Source: Dictyostelium discoideum (lineage: Eukaryota). Taken from it: 64,000 bases of DNA. Numbering within the stretch: the stretch's first letter is position 1; each line of letters begins with the position of its first letter. Location: positions 4,800,001-4,864,000 of the forward strand of contig CM000151.3 in assembly GCA_000004695.1 (NCBI GenBank), read 5' to 3'. The notes under the pieces are model-generated. The model was not told where the DNA came from, did no database searches, and saw only the letters and a list, made by a program, of their open reading frames with translations. The position numbers and the translations under genes were made by a program. Below are positions 62,329 to 64,000 of the stretch, piece by piece.

Positions 62329-64000
62329 TTAAAAATTTAATTTAACATTTAAAACTTTTGAAAAGAAATTAAAGATATCAGCTATTTCATTATTTTGTTT
62401 TGATAAACCTTTACCAGCACCATGACCAGAATCTTTATCAACTCTAATTAAAAGTGGAGTATCAACTTTTTTACCAAGTTGATATTGTAATTCAGAGATG
62501 AATTTATAAGAGTGAGCAGGAATGACACGATCATCATGGTCACCAGTACAAAGCATAATTGATGGATATTGATTTGAATCCTTTGGGACATTATTTAGAG
62601 GAGAATATTTAATGAGTACATCAAAATCATCAGGATTATCACTTCTACCATAATCAGAGACCCAATTACTACCGATAGTATGAAGATGGAATCTTAGCAT
62701 ATCCATAACACCAACGTCTGCTACAACACATTTAAATAGATCAGGACGTTGATTTGAAATTGCACCCATTAACAAACCACCATTACTACCACCTCTTACG
62801 GCCAATTTGTTTTGGTTTGTATAGTTTTCCTTTATCAAATATTCAGCGGCACCAATAAAATCATCAAAGCAATTTTGCTTATTCTTTTTTGAACCAGCCT
62901 CATGCCAAGCTTTACCATACTCACCACCACCTCTAATGTTTGCAATTACAAAGATACCATTGAATTTATTTAAAAAGTAAATATTTCTAATTGAGAATGA
63001 TTGAGTGTAAGAGATATTGAAACCACCATAACCAGTCATATAGGTTGGAGCATTACCACTGGTGATATCTGTGGTCTTCTTATAGGCTATAAACATTGGA
63101 ATCTTTGTTTTATCCTTTGGAGATTCATAAAAGACTTGTTTACATTCATAATCTGATGATTTGAAGCCTTCAATGTGTGGTTCTTTAAAGAGTAACAATT
63201 CATCATTCTTTGAATCCATATAATAAGTTACCGATGGTGAAACTAAATTTGAAAAGTTTATAAAGATATGATCATGATACTCAGTGGCTGATAATGAAGC
63301 ACTTCCAGGGCCTGGTAATTTAATATCCTTTAAATATTTACCATTGAAATCATATACTTCAATGATATCTTGAACATGTTTTTGATAGGAAACGTAGAAT
63401 TTCTCTTGAGAGGAACGACTAACCGATTCCAATACATAGTCTTTCTCTGGAATGATCTCTTTAAACTCTAATTTACTCTTTGAATTTGGTACGATTGGTT
63501 GATCATCATTCAATTGAATTGAGATTAATCTATTGAATGGTGCAGATAAATTGGTTAAAAAGAAATATTCACCTTGTTTAGTATTTGTAATATAATAATA
63601 ACAAGCATCGAAATTATCTATGAGGGCCTCGACTTTAAAGGCTGATTTATTTGCAATTGCCTCTTGGAAATTTCTAATTACATATAGATTATGCTCAACA
63701 TTGCAGTCCCTGAAAGCGCTGATAAACAAAGAGCTATGGTCATGAGAGAACTCAGTACCAAATATCCATTGTGGGTTCTCTGGACATTCGAAAACCACTC
63801 TATCAAACGACTCATTGGCATCACCTAATTTATGATAATAAACTTTATTATTCAAGTTGGTGTCGGTTTCAGTGCCTTTATCATCATCGGATACTTTTTC
63901 CGGTTTTGGATATCGATTATAGATGAAACCAGTCTCATTCTCATCCCATTTAATCGAAGTAAATTTACACCAATTTATTGAATCTGGTAGATCCACAACT
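62329..64000 (-). CDS. dpoA: Prolyl oligopeptidase (S9A). The 3' 555 codons are present; the N-terminus lies beyond the window end.
   Basis: Catalytic Ser motif GGSNGGLLMGA, Asp…DHDDRVIPAHSYKF, and the C-terminal …GHGAGKGLSKQNNEIADIFNFFSKVLNV. These match POP/PREP family C-termini (human PREP …ADHDDRVVPLHSLKF…). A beta-propeller region lies upstream. The dpoA symbol is given because this is the classic S9A POP of Dictyostelium, but it was not verified. Confidence 0.85.
   Translation of the reverse strand, partial: VVDLPDSINWCKFTSIKWDENETGFIYNRYPKPEKVSDDDKGTETDTNLNNKVYYHKLGDANESFDRVVFECPENPQWIFGTEFSHDHSSLFISAFRDCNVEHNLYVIRNFQEAIANKSAFKVEALIDNFDACYYYITNTKQGEYFFLTNLSAPFNRLISIQLNDDQPIVPNSKSKLEFKEIIPEKDYVLESVSRSSQEKFYVSYQKHVQDIIEVYDFNGKYLKDIKLPGPGSASLSATEYHDHIFINFSNLVSPSVTYYMDSKNDELLLFKEPHIEGFKSSDYECKQVFYESPKDKTKIPMFIAYKKTTDITSGNAPTYMTGYGGFNISYTQSFSIRNIYFLNKFNGIFVIANIRGGGEYGKAWHEAGSKKNKQNCFDDFIGAAEYLIKENYTNQNKLAVRGGSNGGLLMGAISNQRPDLFKCVVADVGVMDMLRFHLHTIGSNWVSDYGRSDNPDDFDVLIKYSPLNNVPKDSNQYPSIMLCTGDHDDRVIPAHSYKFISELQYQLGKKVDTPLLIRVDKDSGHGAGKGLSKQNNEIADIFNFFSKVLNVKLNF

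Noticed and set aside
1-64000. Searched for tRNA genes (B-box GGTTCGAATCC-like), CRISPR arrays, operon-like clusters and defence systems
   Set aside because: None were found. The sequence is eukaryotic (spliceosomal introns, poly-N/Q proteins). Hits to TTCGAAT are inside coding sequence.

Overview
The window is AT-rich (roughly 75-80% A+T) eukaryotic nuclear DNA with long homopolymer A/T runs, short AT-rich GT..AG introns, and coding regions rich in poly-Asn and poly-Gln. This is the signature of Dictyostelium discoideum or a close dictyostelid, so no operons, CRISPR arrays or bacterial defence systems are expected. No tRNA or rRNA genes were found.

Gene models were built by hand from the ORF track plus GT/AG and TACTAAC inspection. 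From start to end they are:
- an MMACHC (cblC)-like gene;
- a 1225-aa hybrid histidine kinase;
- a secreted CBM49 protein;
- an Aa_trans amino-acid transporter (2 exons);
- two tandem paralogs of a secreted Cys-containing family that share an 11-nt micro-exon, one of them apparently pseudogenised;
- a Gfo/Idh/MocA oxidoreductase;
- an NRS/ER-type rhamnose-synthase-like gene interrupted by an in-frame TAA;
- an F-box/LRR (RNI-type) protein carrying a His/Lys/Glu repeat;
- a bZIP factor whose inferred 3' exons add a hydrophobic segment (possible membrane-tethered bZIP);
- a GH25 (Entamoeba/Chalaropsis-type) lysozyme followed by decayed tandem partial copies;
- a large LRRNT-LRR-EGF-repeat-IPT-TM receptor-like protein (about 25 EGF-like units);
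- a protein-kinase pseudogene fused to another lysozyme fragment;
- a reticulon-topology membrane protein;
- an N/Q-rich protein with two RRMs;
- a SAP protein with a ubiquitin-like domain;
- two secreted Cys-rich 'CCxxCP'-repeat proteins;
- a WWE-WWE-PARP protein with a Cys-rich insertion in the catalytic domain;
- a FNIP-repeat protein;
- the 3' portion of a prolyl oligopeptidase.

The most interesting items are the in-frame stop in the NRS/ER homolog, the membrane-anchored bZIP hypothesis, the WWE-WWE-PARP architecture, the lysozyme array with its pseudogene debris, the conserved micro-exon in the tandem paralogs, and a GC-richer non-coding island at 61.4-62.0 kb.
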